The position numbers were made by a program, and so were the translations under genes. The notes beneath the pieces are model-generated. The model made no database searches, was not told the DNA's origin, and saw only the letters and a list, made by a program, of their open reading frames with translations. A DNA stretch of 64,000 nt, from contig CM119266.1 in NCBI GenBank assembly GCA_051294375.1, positions 535,132 to 599,131 of the forward strand. Direction: 5' to 3'. Source of the DNA: Paraspadella gotoi. Lineage: Eukaryota > Animalia > Chaetognatha. This document shows, piece after piece, positions 24,070-44,545 of the stretch. How positions within the stretch are numbered: position 1 is the first letter of the stretch; each line of letters starts with the position of its first letter.

Positions 24070-24878
24070 ACCTCTCTCTCTCTCTCTCCGTCTCCTCTCT
24101 CTCTCTCTCTCTCTCTCTCCATCTCTCTCTCTCTTCTCTCTCTTCCCCTCATTTCGTGTCGAAAATGGAATTGCTGAAATATTAGGCAGGGATTGACGTG
24201 GGTTGTCTCGCGACACAGTTATCCAATTGACGGATTGCAAAGCTAATGTTCGACGCAAAACATGAATGAAAAAAATTATAAACAATTTTAAAAAATCATT
24301 GAAACTCGACTAAAAATTTTAAGGAATTGTTAAAAACTTTTCTGCGAATGCAGATCGATTTTTTTTTTTTAAATTTTTTTTTATCTCGGGAGTTTTTTCA
24401 ACACAAACCTTTCTCTACTTCGTGGCACTGAGGACTGCTACAATTATTAATGGAACAAAAATTTTTGAACTGCCACAAATCGGCGAAAAATTAAACAAAA
24501 AAAAAAAAAAGGTAATTTAAATTTTCCTGGAAGAATTAATAAACATTTTTTTTTCCTCTTTTGTCGAAATAAAAATCTGATTGCAAATGTGAATGTTCAC
24601 AGTCGGGTTATGATATATGGGTACATTTTTCTATTTTTTTTTTCCTTTCTCCATCTTCTTTTTCTTTTTTTCTTTTTTCTTTAGTTTTTTTATGAATATT
24701 TTCTCTCTATCTCTTTTGCTTTTTTTTTTGATTCTTCTCTTTCTTTTCTATTTTTCAATCAATCCTTGTTTCTGTTTTCAACTTTTCTATCAATCTTTTT
24801 TTTTCATTTTTTTTTTAATAAAACGACAAAGTGATCTTTCAAATTCTCCAGTCGCGCCATTCCTCCTAAAACCGCGAG

Positions 24879-27800
24879 ATGACTCCTGTGAAAAAAACCC
24901 GACGCCTCGACGACGCCGAGGATTATTATCAGCCACCAACGGCGCCAGAAACAGATTCGACGCCGTCGGTGGCGCATCGCGGCGATCGCGTGGCTACGGC
25001 GCCGCGGAGAAGTGGCCCTACGTGGATCCGCCGGCGATGTACGAGCCGAAAGAAGGCATGGTTAGCCTGGAGCGGCGCGCGAGCGGGTACGGATTGGTCC
25101 AGCGGCGCGGGGGATTTTGTGGGCGCTTGAGGGCGAACACGCTGGTGAGATCACTCGAGCAAGAAGCCTCTGGTGATGCGCGGAGGCTCGGGCCCCTTTC
25201 GAGGTGATTTGGATACAGAGACTGTGGTTTTATTTTTTTGGTAGGAATGATTATCATCAATGTGATTAATTTGTTTTATCAACGGCCGTTTCTTTTCTCC
25301 TTTTCATTTCTTTTATTTAGCTTCTCTCTTTGTTTACTATCCCACTCCTATTCTCGAAGTTAAAATGTCTCTTCGGTTATTCTTTTTGCTCTCTTCCTTT
25401 TTTCCGTTTTTTGTTTTCCGATTTCGCTCCTTTCTTCTCTCTTTCCGCCCCTTCCCCGCCCCCCATCTTCCCCAAAAATAGATTTTACACCCAATCGTGA
25501 ACTCTCGCTCGAGCCTTCTTTTCCAATCATCCTGGGCTCTCACAATCCTGGGGCTGCATCTCGATCAAAACGCCGGCCGACAAGCTTCAAAGTGGCCAAG
25601 GTGGACGAGCCGTTCCTCCGAAATCTTAATTGTGTCGGGCGTTATATTTATTTCTACGCCCCCTCACCGTTCCGAAATCAAGGCTTGGGGTGACGTGACC
25701 TATTTACCCTGGCTTTACATTGGCTCTCAGAGATTATTTGGCTCCTCTTCCTTTCTTACTTTGGCCTTTACTTCCTCCAAGTATTCGACAGGAATGAAAA
25801 CTGGGGAAAAGGTAATTACCAGTTTCATTTGTGGTATTTTTGGTACCGTTTGGTAACGAGGAATACTATCAAATGAAATCAAATTGCATGTCAAGATGAC
25901 ATACTCTGCAAAACTCATTGTAATACAGGTTATGTTTGTTGTCGTCAATCATCGTCGGTAGTCTTATGTTGGTGTCGTATCTCGTTATTTATTATTCGGT
26001 CTGTCCGCAGCGTCTCTTCGTCTCTTTTCTTTGGTTGTCCCACCATAGGTTGTAATGGTATGTTTTGTTATTTCGTCGTATTGTTGTCCTTTGTTGTCGC
26101 TTTTAGCCGTTGTTGTCGGTATTAAAATTTACATCAATCGGCTTGCCATGTGTCACAGAACAGGTTAGTTTGAGGTATTTGAATTTAACTATCAGCATTG
26201 AGAGCTATCAATCATTATTTAAAGACAAAAGTTTTTAATAAATAAGATTCATAATGCGAATTGAAAAGCCCTTCTCCCTGTTTAAAACTTACCACTCTCA
26301 TTTCACTTAGTCTTTTTTTTTCACCTCAAATCGACCGGAACGACGGTGGCCCACGAAATACAACGATGTTCCATGGTTTTTCATGTTCTGTTTCTCTTAG
26401 CGGGCGTCAAGCGCGGACTTTTTCTTTTACGGATAAACACGGCGGTAGCCGAACGTTTGAATTCAACTTAACTTGAAGGAGTCGCTAACCGGTCGACTAC
26501 ACCCATGCCGGAGGACAACACGAGCATTGGCCCAGGTCAGCGAGAGTTTGGTCTGGTCTGTCTAGTTGGTCTGTCTGTTCCATGTGCTCAGCTGTCACTA
26601 CGTTGTCGATGTACAACCATGACGCCAAAAAAACACATTGGCCTCAGGTCAGTTAGAGTTTGGTCAACAGGGTTAGTTGGCATGTCTGTCTGCTCCGGTT
26701 TCTACTTGTCATTCCAATTCACTTATTCGCCATTGCATTCCAACCTGCCCCGCACCTACCCACATTAGCTCCCGCAGGTCCAGCGAGTCGGTCCAGGGTC
26801 TGTTCGTAGCTGGTTCTGTTCCATCCTTCCACCAGTCGCTACTAGCTACTTGTTTACTTTGTCGAGACTATAACCATGCGGCACCGACAACACATTGACG
26901 CAAGGTCACAAGTTTGTTGGTTCTGTTAAGTTGGTTTGGTTAGTCTGTCCCATCGCTACTTTCAGTTTGATTTACCACTTTGCCCCGTCAACTCAGTTGA
27001 CCCGTGTTCTGTTTGCCCTGAGCGCCCCCATAGACTTCCGTCGAACACTGAAAAAAGACCAACTTAAAAAATACAAATGTACATACTACAAAAAAAGGTA
27101 TAAATAACTAATGATTTGCTGCTTTTAAAAAAGATTTTAATAATATTTCACAACCCAACACAGTATGAATAATTTTATTATTCATATTCTAAGTATCGTC
27201 GTATTTTCTCTCAAGGTCGCAATGAAGTGGGGACCCCTGTACCGACTGGGGAATTCATGGTTGGGATCGTGTATCTCTATCATTGGTGCCGATTATGGGT
27301 TCTACAGTACGGGTTATCGCAAAGGGACTCCCCGCTCACCATCAAGTCTTGCTTTCTGGGCCACCTCAGTCGAGGGGACACAAGGTTCCGTCCATCCCAA
27401 ATTTTGATTAAGGTTTTACTAATGACACTCTATATCCAAGATAAAGTGACGACATAATTAAACAAGTAAAATGAAGCAAAAATTAAATGGGCAAATTAGA
27501 AATTTAATAAGAAAAATAAATTAATAATATAATATATAAATCAATAAGTATATGGTAAATCAATCATTCGAAGAAAACCAATTTTGGATTTTAAACCTTT
27601 TTTGATTAATTCACCTACCCCTATATTATAAATCTGGCAAATAATTAAGAGTCAATTAATTGAATTTATATAATCAAAATCCTATCTATTAAAAAAGGAA
27701 AACTAAAATCAATCAATGCCTAACAATCGATTGAATTAATAAATCATCATATTTATTTATAACGTACTTAATAAACTTAAAAAAATGATGCCTTATGTCG

Positions 27801-28908
27801 ACCTTTGCCCACGATTCGAAAACGTTCAAGAGTCTTGGATATGAACATCTTTATAGATAATAAATAAGTTCGTATAAAATCCCGCCCATTTTCCCTTGTC
27901 ATTTTTTCTAAACAGTAATTGATTAAACTGATGATTTTCGGGGTGGAGTTGGTTGTGCTTCGGCGGAGCCCGGAGATCGGATAGCAATCTCCTGTCATCT
28001 TGCACTGCTCTTCTTCGGCCGTCTGCACCTCGCCTCGGCCAGGTCGGCGCCATGAGATACAATAAGTGGACTCGAACTCTTCGAGCCAACCGCGGAGAAT
28101 CTCGTCATGGGGCAACCCACGCGGCGCAAGTAGATAGTGAGCAAGGGGTGTGGAAGGGGGCAAACACACACAGCTCACAGATTAATTTTTTCCCGCTCTT
28201 CCTACCGAATCACCGCGGCTCGGCCCGGATCCTGTTTTTCTCATTTTCCTTTTTCCCTTCTGATTGTCTTGCAGGGCTGTCCTTGCTTGATTGTTTGTCC
28301 GGCCGGTCGTCTGTCTGACTTTTGACTGGTGGTTCTGTCTGCTTGCCTTTCTTTTCCTGTCTGTTAGTCAGTTTGTCTCCAGATTTAAAAAATGTCCTGA
28401 CCTGCCTACTAGAAACATGCCTCCGTTTTTTCTAGATCTTTTTATATCTGTATCTCTTTTTGTTCAATATTTCTGCCCTGTCTGTTTTCTGTTTATGATC
28501 TTAAGTTTGTGTTTATGATTTTTCACTCTTTACTATCCCACCGCAGTCTGCCCATACCAGAGCGGGTGCGGGCGCACGCACCACCCAACGAGCAGAAAGA
28601 GGGTTGATCGTGAACACTGCAGGACGACGTTGAAACGGGTGCCGGTGGATGACAAGTAGCAACGGATCACAGTTGCGGCCACGAACACTAGACCGCGGAG
28701 TCCTCCTCCACAGACGTTCTCCGGCGTAGGTGCTCTCTCGGGCACGAAATGCCGGCGCGACTCTCCGGTAGTACTTGGCTATTCGTACCTCGGACTTCGT
28801 TCGTGCTGCTCCTCGCTCCGTCTCTTTCTCGAAAAAACACTCGTGGTACACATTGTAGATATAGTGCCTCAATCTTCTCTGCAGCAGCATCGGATTCTAA
28901 TTTCACGG
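24879..28908 (+). pseudogene. BCCT transporter copy C: inverted, partial (exons 1-7), insertion-rich. Likely a redundant raw-read haplotig rather than a true pseudogene.
   Basis: RGYGAAEKWPYVDPPAMYEPKEGMVSL is at ~24985-25070. Exon and intron order mirrors copies A and B through ~29585. Errors are dominated by single-base insertions. Confidence 0.7.
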
Positions 28909-29850
28909 TTTTGTCCAGCGGAGTACCCTTTCCCGATTTCTTCTTGTTCGCGACGGTGAGATAGAATTAAGAAAAAGAAAAATACCCCCTGAAAGACTTT
29001 TTTTTTTCCAATAGCATCAATTTCTTTTTTTCATTTTTTTTTTTTCCGTGTTTTATTAAAACTTTTTATCTCTACCCTTACTACAACAATAGAAGATTTG
29101 TCTCTGGAGCCTTTTTTTACTATGAGCATTTCCTTAAATTCTATAAGATTGACTCATTACTTCTGCACCCACTAATTTTTTTCACTTGCCAGATCGCTTA
29201 TACAACAAAAGCAAATTTTGCTCGTTTTCGATCTTAATAAATAATGGCTCCCACAAACTAAAAGGAGCGTTTTTAGGTAAAACAAGATAGCAAGAAATTT
29301 AGTTTAAGTATATCTTTCTGAAATAAAAAGAACAGTCCCTAATTAACCTTGTCTTTGTATTTTTACCTTTCTATTTCTAACTAGAGGGCTTACAAAACAA
29401 GACAAAAGGACATTCAAAGAAAATTTATTCTCACTCCACTAGATCTTTACCTTGCACCTCCTGCTCTTTCAACAAAATAACAAGTGTTTTTTTTTTTTTC
29501 GATTTTTTTTTTATCGTAAAATTTTAAAGTATTTTTTATATTTTTGCCAAACATAGAGAGAACTCAAAAGAATTGAGCAATATAGAAAGACGACCAAGAA
29601 ACAAGATGAAGCATAAACCGGAATGTCGAAATGTCCGTCAAGACCGAAACCAGTCCGTACGATTGTCCTTTTCTTTCGCGGAACGAATGCTAATGACCAT
29701 TTATCATGATTCTATGATAATCAAAGCTGGTCGAAAGAAACCTTTTTAACAAATCTTTTTCATGTAATGTATATAAATGTATGTAAATAACGAAAAATTA
29801 TAAAGGTATGAGAAAAATTTTATTTCAACTCGAAAAAAATCACGGACGAT

Positions 29851-29985
29851 CCTTTTTTGTTTTTTTGTTTTTGTTTGAAGCCTCGTTTTCGATCTCTGAA
29901 GTTCGTCTGTTCACTTTTTTGTTTTTTGTTTTTGTTTGAAGCCTCGTTTTCGATCTCTGAAGTTCGTCTGTTCACTTTTTTCAGT
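29851..29985. repeat. ~61-bp tandem duplication
   Basis: TTTTTTGTTTTTTGTTTTTGTTTGAAGCCTCGTTTTCGATCTCTGAAGTTCGTCTGTTCAC occurs twice. Confidence 0.9.
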
Positions 29986-30029
29986 TAAAATTCACTTCAC
30001 ACACAAAATAAATCGTTCTCACCAACGAG

Positions 30030-30501
30030 TCACAAAATTCTTCGTTCGAGGCTGAATTCTATCCGGCGTCGGAACCGGCCCACGGCGCCAACGACTTTCG
30101 GTTTACACGGCGCCGATAAAAGGTCCCGGCAAAAAGCTTTCATAATTTCGGCGCCGGATTTGGGCCGAGATGATTCGTCGTCGTCTTCGTCGTCGTCGTC
30201 GTAGAGGTAGTCGAACCTTCTAGGCGATACGATACGAACTCTCCATGACGGTGCTGCTTCCGCGGCTGCAGTCGCCGGTGCTGCTTCCGTTGCGGCTGCC
30301 GTTTCGATGCGTCGACGCTTCGCGGGAGGAGGCGACAAAGAATTTGCCCATGTTGAAGCCGCCTCCGAGGATTCGCAGTCGACGGGCGCTGGTGGAATTG
30401 CCGCCGGCGTCGCCTCTCCATCAGCGTCGTTGGCGTCACACTTATGACTGGAAGCGGCGTCGCTGTTGCGCGCGTCGTGGTTGCTGGCCGCGGCGTCGGT
30501 T
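30030..30501 (-). CDS. Putative terminal exon of an unknown low-complexity protein with an NLS-like PPPAKRRR and an acidic run
   Basis: The acceptor CAG is at 30504-30502. The frame TDAAASNHDARNS...SPPPAKRRRIETAAATEAAPA...YDDDDEDDDE...SLERRIL* stays open for ~156 codons in a GC-rich island. A minus-strand AATAAA lies at ~29824-29819. Upstream exons are lost in the 30604-31587 gap. Confidence 0.5.
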
Positions 30502-31890
30502 CTGATTTTTTTATAAAATGGAATGGAAAGGGAAAAAAACGAATTAAATATTTGAAAGATCGAAGGAGCGAAGATAATCTGGACGATGATTACTTGTTAT
30601 TTTNNNNNNNNNNNNNNNNNNNNNNNNNNNNNNNNNNNNNNNNNNNNNNNNNNNNNNNNNNNNNNNNNNNNNNNNNNNNNNNNNNNNNNNNNNNNNNNNN
30701 NNNNNNNNNNNNNNNNNNNNNNNNNNNNNNNNNNNNNNNNNNNNNNNNNNNNNNNNNNNNNNNNNNNNNNNNNNNNNNNNNNNNNNNNNNNNNNNNNNNN
30801 NNNNNNNNNNNNNNNNNNNNNNNNNNNNNNNNNNNNNNNNNNNNNNNNNNNNNNNNNNNNNNNNNNNNNNNNNNNNNNNNNNNNNNNNNNNNNNNNNNNN
30901 NNNNNNNNNNNNNNNNNNNNNNNNNNNNNNNNNNNNNNNNNNNNNNNNNNNNNNNNNNNNNNNNNNNNNNNNNNNNNNNNNNNNNNNNNNNNNNNNNNNN
31001 NNNNNNNNNNNNNNNNNNNNNNNNNNNNNNNNNNNNNNNNNNNNNNNNNNNNNNNNNNNNNNNNNNNNNNNNNNNNNNNNNNNNNNNNNNNNNNNNNNNN
31101 NNNNNNNNNNNNNNNNNNNNNNNNNNNNNNNNNNNNNNNNNNNNNNNNNNNNNNNNNNNNNNNNNNNNNNNNNNNNNNNNNNNNNNNNNNNNNNNNNNNN
31201 NNNNNNNNNNNNNNNNNNNNNNNNNNNNNNNNNNNNNNNNNNNNNNNNNNNNNNNNNNNNNNNNNNNNNNNNNNNNNNNNNNNNNNNNNNNNNNNNNNNN
31301 NNNNNNNNNNNNNNNNNNNNNNNNNNNNNNNNNNNNNNNNNNNNNNNNNNNNNNNNNNNNNNNNNNNNNNNNNNNNNNNNNNNNNNNNNNNNNNNNNNNN
31401 NNNNNNNNNNNNNNNNNNNNNNNNNNNNNNNNNNNNNNNNNNNNNNNNNNNNNNNNNNNNNNNNNNNNNNNNNNNNNNNNNNNNNNNNNNNNNNNNNNNN
31501 NNNNNNNNNNNNNNNNNNNNNNNNNNNNNNNNNNNNNNNNNNNNNNNNNNNNNNNNNNNNNNNNNNNNNNNNNNNNNNNNNNNNNNNTTATTTATTAATC
31601 CATAATTTTTTACTTCTAACTTTCTCACTTAAGAGCACGTCAGAAAGAGACAATTACTTAAACATTTTATACTAATGTACATCATTTAACATAAATTGAT
31701 TCATTTTTTAATTAATTAATGAAATAATGAATTATTTTTTTAATTTCCATAAAATAACATCCCATAAAATTACACTGACATCGAAATCCACATTGTAATA
31801 TATTCCCCTTAAAATTCTTTTTCACTCGCGACTCCGCAAACGAATTCTTTCAATTTTCACAAACCGAGAAATTTGCTCGGATTTTTTTTC

Positions 31891-38305
<6,415 letters not shown>

Positions 38306-39285
38306 CGTCCAATCTGAATTTTTGGTCGAAGTTGACAGGAGGATAGTCGGAATAGGATACGGAATAGGATACGGAATAGGATACGGATTGGTAAAGAACA
38401 TGACAAGTTATTGTCATCTTTTTGATGGTATTGGATACTAGACTAGAAACAAACGAATCTTCCACGACCTTTTTTTCTTAGCATAATGTTTATGAAATCA
38501 TTAGAATTTGAATTTATTCAATAAATAAAAAACTTTTTAAACGGGCTATGATGGTTTAGGCCTAATCTAAGAAATTCCAGGGAGCTTTTATTGAAGACTT
38601 TCTCCCAGCCGAATTCTTTCTAATATTTCGAATATTTATAAGGGAAGGAACATCGTATTTACCAGTTTGCGCTTTTGTTTTCTCAGTTTCGCAGGGACAG
38701 TCGCCGTCGACGATGATGACTTTTAACGGGAGAAAAATAAAACAAAAACATCGACGGTAAAGGACGAAAGTAAGTCACTGAGCTACGAAGATTTACACTG
38801 ATAATTGCTAAGCTTGCACTTGCAATTTTTTTTAATTTTCCTCATGAAACAGGTAAATCGAATATTTCGTTAATGCCTGGATAACTAATAAATTTTTGAC
38901 TTATTCTTCAATTATTTAATTTCTAGGTCTTTGGTTTTTAAAATGAGTTTTTGTAGATCAATGAATACAGGTTTTCAGATCGTTAAAAGTTTTATTGACG
39001 TAAAAATGAGATCAATAGGAAGAATAAATGTAAAAAAAGGTCATACAAAAAACGTGAATACGAGATGGGAGTTTTGAGCCAAAATATAGTCGTACGAAAA
39101 ACTTCCCCATTCATATTGAACAATATCCTTTCAAAGTAAATTCGTACTTCATATCTAAGATTTAGTTCCTAACCACGAATAAAAAATATTTAATAGCAAT
39201 GACTAATGTAAATTAAAGAATCGTACATACAATATATAATACAAAATCGAAACCTTTCCTTCCTCCCGCACCCCGATTGGCCTCG

Positions 39286-42200
39286 TCAGATCTCGATGGG
39301 TTTGACGACCGGTTTCCGCACGTGGCGAATGTTGGCGCCGGGTTCTTGGGGTTTAAAGGGGGCGTGGGCTCCGTAAGGGCGAGGAATGGGAAGTTCCTGT
39401 TGGTCGTCGGGGATGTAAGCGTTGGGTCGCGGTTCGGCGGCGGTGAAGACTCCGCCGGGAAGGGCGTACGTCTCCTCCTCTTCGACTTCCGCGCGACGCC
39501 GCTCCGCCGCCCTCGCAGCCAAGTCTTCACGCCGGCGTTCCCGGCGCCACTCTTCCTCGAACTCGTCGCAGGGCGCCTCGCCCCGCTCTAGGCGCGCCTG
39601 GCATCCCTCCAGCGTGTCTTGGCGGTCGCGGGCGATCTGTTGCAGCCGCAGGGCCTCGGCCTGCTGCATGGAGAGTTCCGAGACGAGGCTCATCATCTGG
39701 GGAAAGAGTAAAGAAAGGGAAAGTCAGAAAAGAATAGGGAAAGAGAAAGAAAAAAAAGGGAAAAAAACAAAGAAAGGGAAAGTCAGTTCGAGAAAAAGGT
39801 AAAAACATCTGGGTCAAACTGACCTTGCGCGTGACCTCCTTGATTTTCCCTTGGAGTTGATTGATCTTCTTAGCCAAATTCAAAGTGTCGCCCTTTCCGT
39901 TGTCTACCTTCGCCTGGAGACGCTCAGAAAGACGTTCAACCTAATAAGTTTAATCATTAATCATTAATATAACAATATTATATTTGTCGACCTTATCCAT
40001 GTTATTCAATATTCAATATTCATCTCAGCATACAAAAGAAACAACAACAGCATTTTCTCGTTATTCTCCATCACCTGATCCAACAACAGCATCTTCTCCA
40101 TCAGTTGCTCTTCCTTGGAAGCGAGACTCAGCTCCAAGTCTTCGATCTTTCGGTGGAGATCGCCGGGCAAAGCATCGCTCCCTTCCAAGATTCGAACCCG
40201 GGACCTGTCGGACGGATCTTCGCTCTGCTTCTCGAGCTTGGCCATGCGATCTTTGCATCGGCTCAGTTGAATCTGACAGTTGAAGAAAACAAAGGACACC
40301 ATTGTCATTATATTGGCTTTGAAAGGAAGCGAAAACCGACCCAACTACAACAACAACAACAACAACGACGATGCCGCCGCCGATGACAGTCTTTTCTCTC
40401 TTTTCGACCTGCAAGCCGACAACCTCGGCGTCGAGCCCCTTCTTGCTCGGGACGTCGTTGCGGTGCCGACAGATTTGTCGGCCAAGTTCGTCGGCCTCGA
40501 GGCGGAGGAAGCGGAGCTCCTCCTCTCGCGCCGCCAGGGCGCCGACGCCGTCGGCCACGCGTTGTTCCTGAATGCCGACCTTCTCGTTGTAGATGGCGAC
40601 CTGAGAAGTTTGGGGGGGGGGGAGAAAGATTTTGTAGCAAATTGACCAGATGCGAAATATTTTTAATTTCGCTGTTTTTGATTATTTGCTCATTGTTTAT
40701 TTTTGTTTTTTGTTCGTTGTTTGATTGTCGTTTGTTTGTCGTTTGGTTGTCGTTTCTTTGTCGTTTCTTTGTCGTTTGTTTGTTGTTTGCTTGTTGTTTG
40801 TTTGTTTTTATTGTTGTTTGCTTGTTGTTTCTTTGCTGTTTGCTTATTGTTTACTTGTCGTTTGCTTGTCGTTTGCTCGTTGTTGGTTCGTTGTTTTGTT
40901 GTTTATATTGTTGTTTTTGTTATTGTTGATGTTATTGTTATACTGTACTCTTAAATAGGTAATTAGGTATCCATCTCTTTAATTGGCAAGAGTCACAGAA
41001 ACGAGAGTGACTGAGGATGTTGCTTCAAATAGTCGTTAGTTACGTCTCATTGCCTTCGATTTCACCTAATATGCAGCTCGTCCTTACCTTTCCAAAGTCC
41101 GATCATTTGCCCTCTCCCAAAGCCTCACCTCCTCGTTTCTCTCGATGAGCTGCAGCCCTCGTTCGTTCCGCGATTGGACGGCCTCATCGTGTCGCTTCCT
41201 CAGCTGCACCATCTGCTCCTCGCTAGAGTTGATGATCTGATTCAACTTGACGATGTCCATTCGTTGCTGGTCTCGTTTCTCCGCCAGATCTGAGACATTG
41301 ATGAGGGGGAAGGGAAAGATAATGACAATGTAGTAAGATTGTTTTTACTTATAATCAATGAGTCAATTAACCTAATAGTGCCGATTTATTGAAAAGAACA
41401 AAATAAAAAAAAAGGAAAAAATAACGCGTTTTTGGTGTAATTAAGTATATGTATGGCAATATATCAATGGGATTTCTAAGCTTAATCTTTATTCTTGTAC
41501 GAAAGTTACACCCATTAGAGAGATAGGACCGTAAGATTCCTCAATAATTAGATTTGTTCATAAAACTGTAAAAGACGCTACTGGTCGCTCCCCTAATCAA
41601 CAAGAAAATTTATCCCCGGGGGCAGATAATTATAATTGAATAACCCTAAATTAATTTCGACCCCGCGAACCCGATATCCGTCGAGAGAGAGAAAAAGATG
41701 AAGGAACAAACCAAAAATAAATTTTGTGAGACGAAACCGAAACTTTATCAAGTTTCAACCTAAATAAAAAATATTTTGATTAATTTCGAGTTTGTTTCGG
41801 GGCTTTTGAGGATCCGCGTTTAAAAAGAGTGAATCATTCTTAATTGGGTAAAATTAACAGGTAAGCCGTCTAAAGAGATTGCTTCTGCCATTATTCTGCA
41901 TTTTTGGGTTTTTTTTTCAGTGCTGACAGTGGCGTTCTCAATGAGGACATCATGACCAAGACAAGAATTTGACAGCAAAAACCGGATTTCAATTATTCTA
42001 CGCAAATTCCAATCACCCTGATTCTCTTCAAACTGACCAGCAGCAATGTGCGTTTGTTTGGCTTTCGAGTTACGCAGATTGTCCCTGATCACTTGGTTGT
42101 TGACGAGCCGCAGCCGCTGCTTCTGCAACAGTCGATCCTTCTGTTGCGCCGACGTCCGCAGAATTTCGATCTCGTTCTGGAGAATCTTGATCTTCTCTCT

Positions 42201-43288
42201 CATTTCGGAAGCGCGTTGTGCGCACTGATTTGGAAGGGGTGATTGATTGATGGGTTTGAGATCAGTTATTTTTCAATAATGATTGAATATTTTATTGTAT
42301 GGCTTCATTTACATACATTATATCATTATCATTACCTGTTGAATTTGATTCACGCATTTGTTCCTTTCATTTTTTATGACATCATAAAGCTTCGCAAAGT
42401 CTTTCAATCGAATCTGAAGAAAAACATTTTTTTAGAGGTCAAAAGTCACTGTATAGAATCTTGTGTGTATTTTGTTCCCTCTCCAAAAGTTCTCATTATA
42501 AATATAATACATATGAGTAAAAACAAACTTGTATCTTACCCCATCATCTTTCCTCACCTGGACTTCCCTGAACTTCTTCTCATTGTCCTGAATCTGCAGA
42601 GTCTTCATCTTGAGGTCCTCGACGGCCCGATGGTGTCGCGTCTCCGCTCGCATAAAATCGCGTGCCTTTTGTTCGCGTTCGTCGGCCTTGATCGCCGCCA
42701 AGCGGGTCAACTCGACAACTTCGGCGCGAAGGCCGGTCTGGGAAAAAGATTAGCTTATCAAAAACATTCATTTGTTGTGGCTTGCCGCTTGAAAATATTT
42801 CCTTTTAAATGTCTATAATTTCATTTTCCCAAGAAAACTTTGGAAAAGTCATTATTTCAAAAATCTATAATAATTATGTTAACAAAAATAAAAGACAAAA
42901 ACCCCTAGGCTGTTATTCCAATTAAACTTAGAACACCGAATTCAACATGTAGAAATTCTCAAAAGCAGCTCAATAATAATCAATCTTTAAAAGAAAACAG
43001 GGTCAAAGATTAAATTTAAAGATTCAATTGAAAGGAACGCACAAAAAAAAAAACAAAACTAGACAGATATCTCGAGCGAAGCGTTAGCCTTTTTTTCCTG
43101 CCGATGGCCTCAGCCGCCGCCTATCGTCGCAAATGAAAAACCTTTGCTAAAAGCGAGGGAATTAAAAAAAACTTAAAAAAAAATCTTAATCCGTTTAAAT
43201 TTGCGAACGAAGATGAAGCAGCAGGGAATTAACCGGTAGTTGAACTTTAACCGACAGATTATAAACCATTATCGCTTCACGTGTGTGC

Positions 43289-43346
<58 letters not shown>

Positions 43347-44086
43347 ACGACCTACTCGACCTTGCACCTCCGATTCTGCGAGGGATGCCGGTTTTTCAAG
43401 ATGAGCTGAGAGGAGCAAAATTGTCGCCGTTCCTACCTTTCTCCAAGAGCGACAAGTTCTGTACGAACCAGCGATAAGAACTGCGCTCTTGTCAGCTTTT
43501 AACCGGCTTTTATGGAAGTCCGTTTCCTTGACAACCGACCTGTTGATAGAGAAGCGCCTGCTCCTCCGCGATGGAGTTTTCCACTTTGAGTTGCTCCACC
43601 GCGGTGAGGGAGTTCTGCTGGGCGAAGGCTCGTTTGGTGTGCTCCACTTCTTTGGAGAGGTCCTTGCGACGGAGAGTCAGAGATCCGTCGTCTTTGGGGA
43701 AGTTGTCGTAGGCGTGTTTGACCTGGAGAGTAGAAACTGGTCAATGAGAGGATTATCCATGTGATTTTTTTAAGACTATAAAAAACTCAACGAGAATATC
43801 TTAATTACAATTAACGATATTTTTTCTCGTAAAATTATTAAATATACTAACCATACTATTTTTAAAAGAGCAAAAACTGTTAATCATGTGAACATCATCG
43901 TAAAATTAAACAACTTTAACGAAGAAATTGGGACATCAATTAAGTCGCGTTAGGGGAGTAAGATAGGCTTGGTCAATTAAGGCCAAACGAAGGGGCCAGT
44001 CCCGTCCCTTCGGGGTCTCTCTCTCGCTCTCTTACATCGAGGTCGTGGGAGGTCAGGTTTCCAAAACTCGCCTAATCCCCACTAAT

Positions 44087-44132
<46 letters not shown>

Positions 44133-44162
44133 CTCTCGCTCTCTCGCTCTCTCGCTCTCTCG

Positions 44163-44195
<33 letters not shown>

Positions 44196-44504
44196 GCTTA
44201 CTGGAAAAAAATAACAAATTTACGCTTTTATCTTTTTTAAGTTTTTAAAAGAATCAAAATTAGGTTGTTTTTTTTCTTTCGGATGAGACGAAAGAAAAAA
44301 AAAAGAATTAATCTTCGTCACGATCTGTTCTTCTTTTTTTTCTCTTGGGATAACTTAATGACAATACTTTTATTTAATTGATAACTTAATGACAATACTT
44401 TTATTTAATTGATAAGGACAACCTTCGTGTTTTCTTAACAACGAACGAGAAGCTTTTTTTAAATTTTTTCCCTTTTTTTAACAAACGACCTTTTTAACTT
44501 TGGT

Positions 44505-44545
<41 letters not shown>

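Noticed and set aside
2256-29000. Bacterial contamination as the source of the BCCT sequence
   Set aside because: Multiple canonical spliceosomal introns, eukaryotic transposons inside those introns, and composition matching the neighbouring animal genes.
38349-38388. 12-bp repeat GGAATAGGATAC x3 giving a PYPIPYPI ORF start
   Set aside because: It lies upstream of the acceptor at 38314-38316 and is an intronic minisatellite.
39277-40960. Plus-strand ORFs overlapping CCDC146 and Cys/Val/Phe-rich ORFs at 40642-40958
   Set aside because: These are antisense shadows of GC-rich exons and of a (GTTT)-rich intronic tract.
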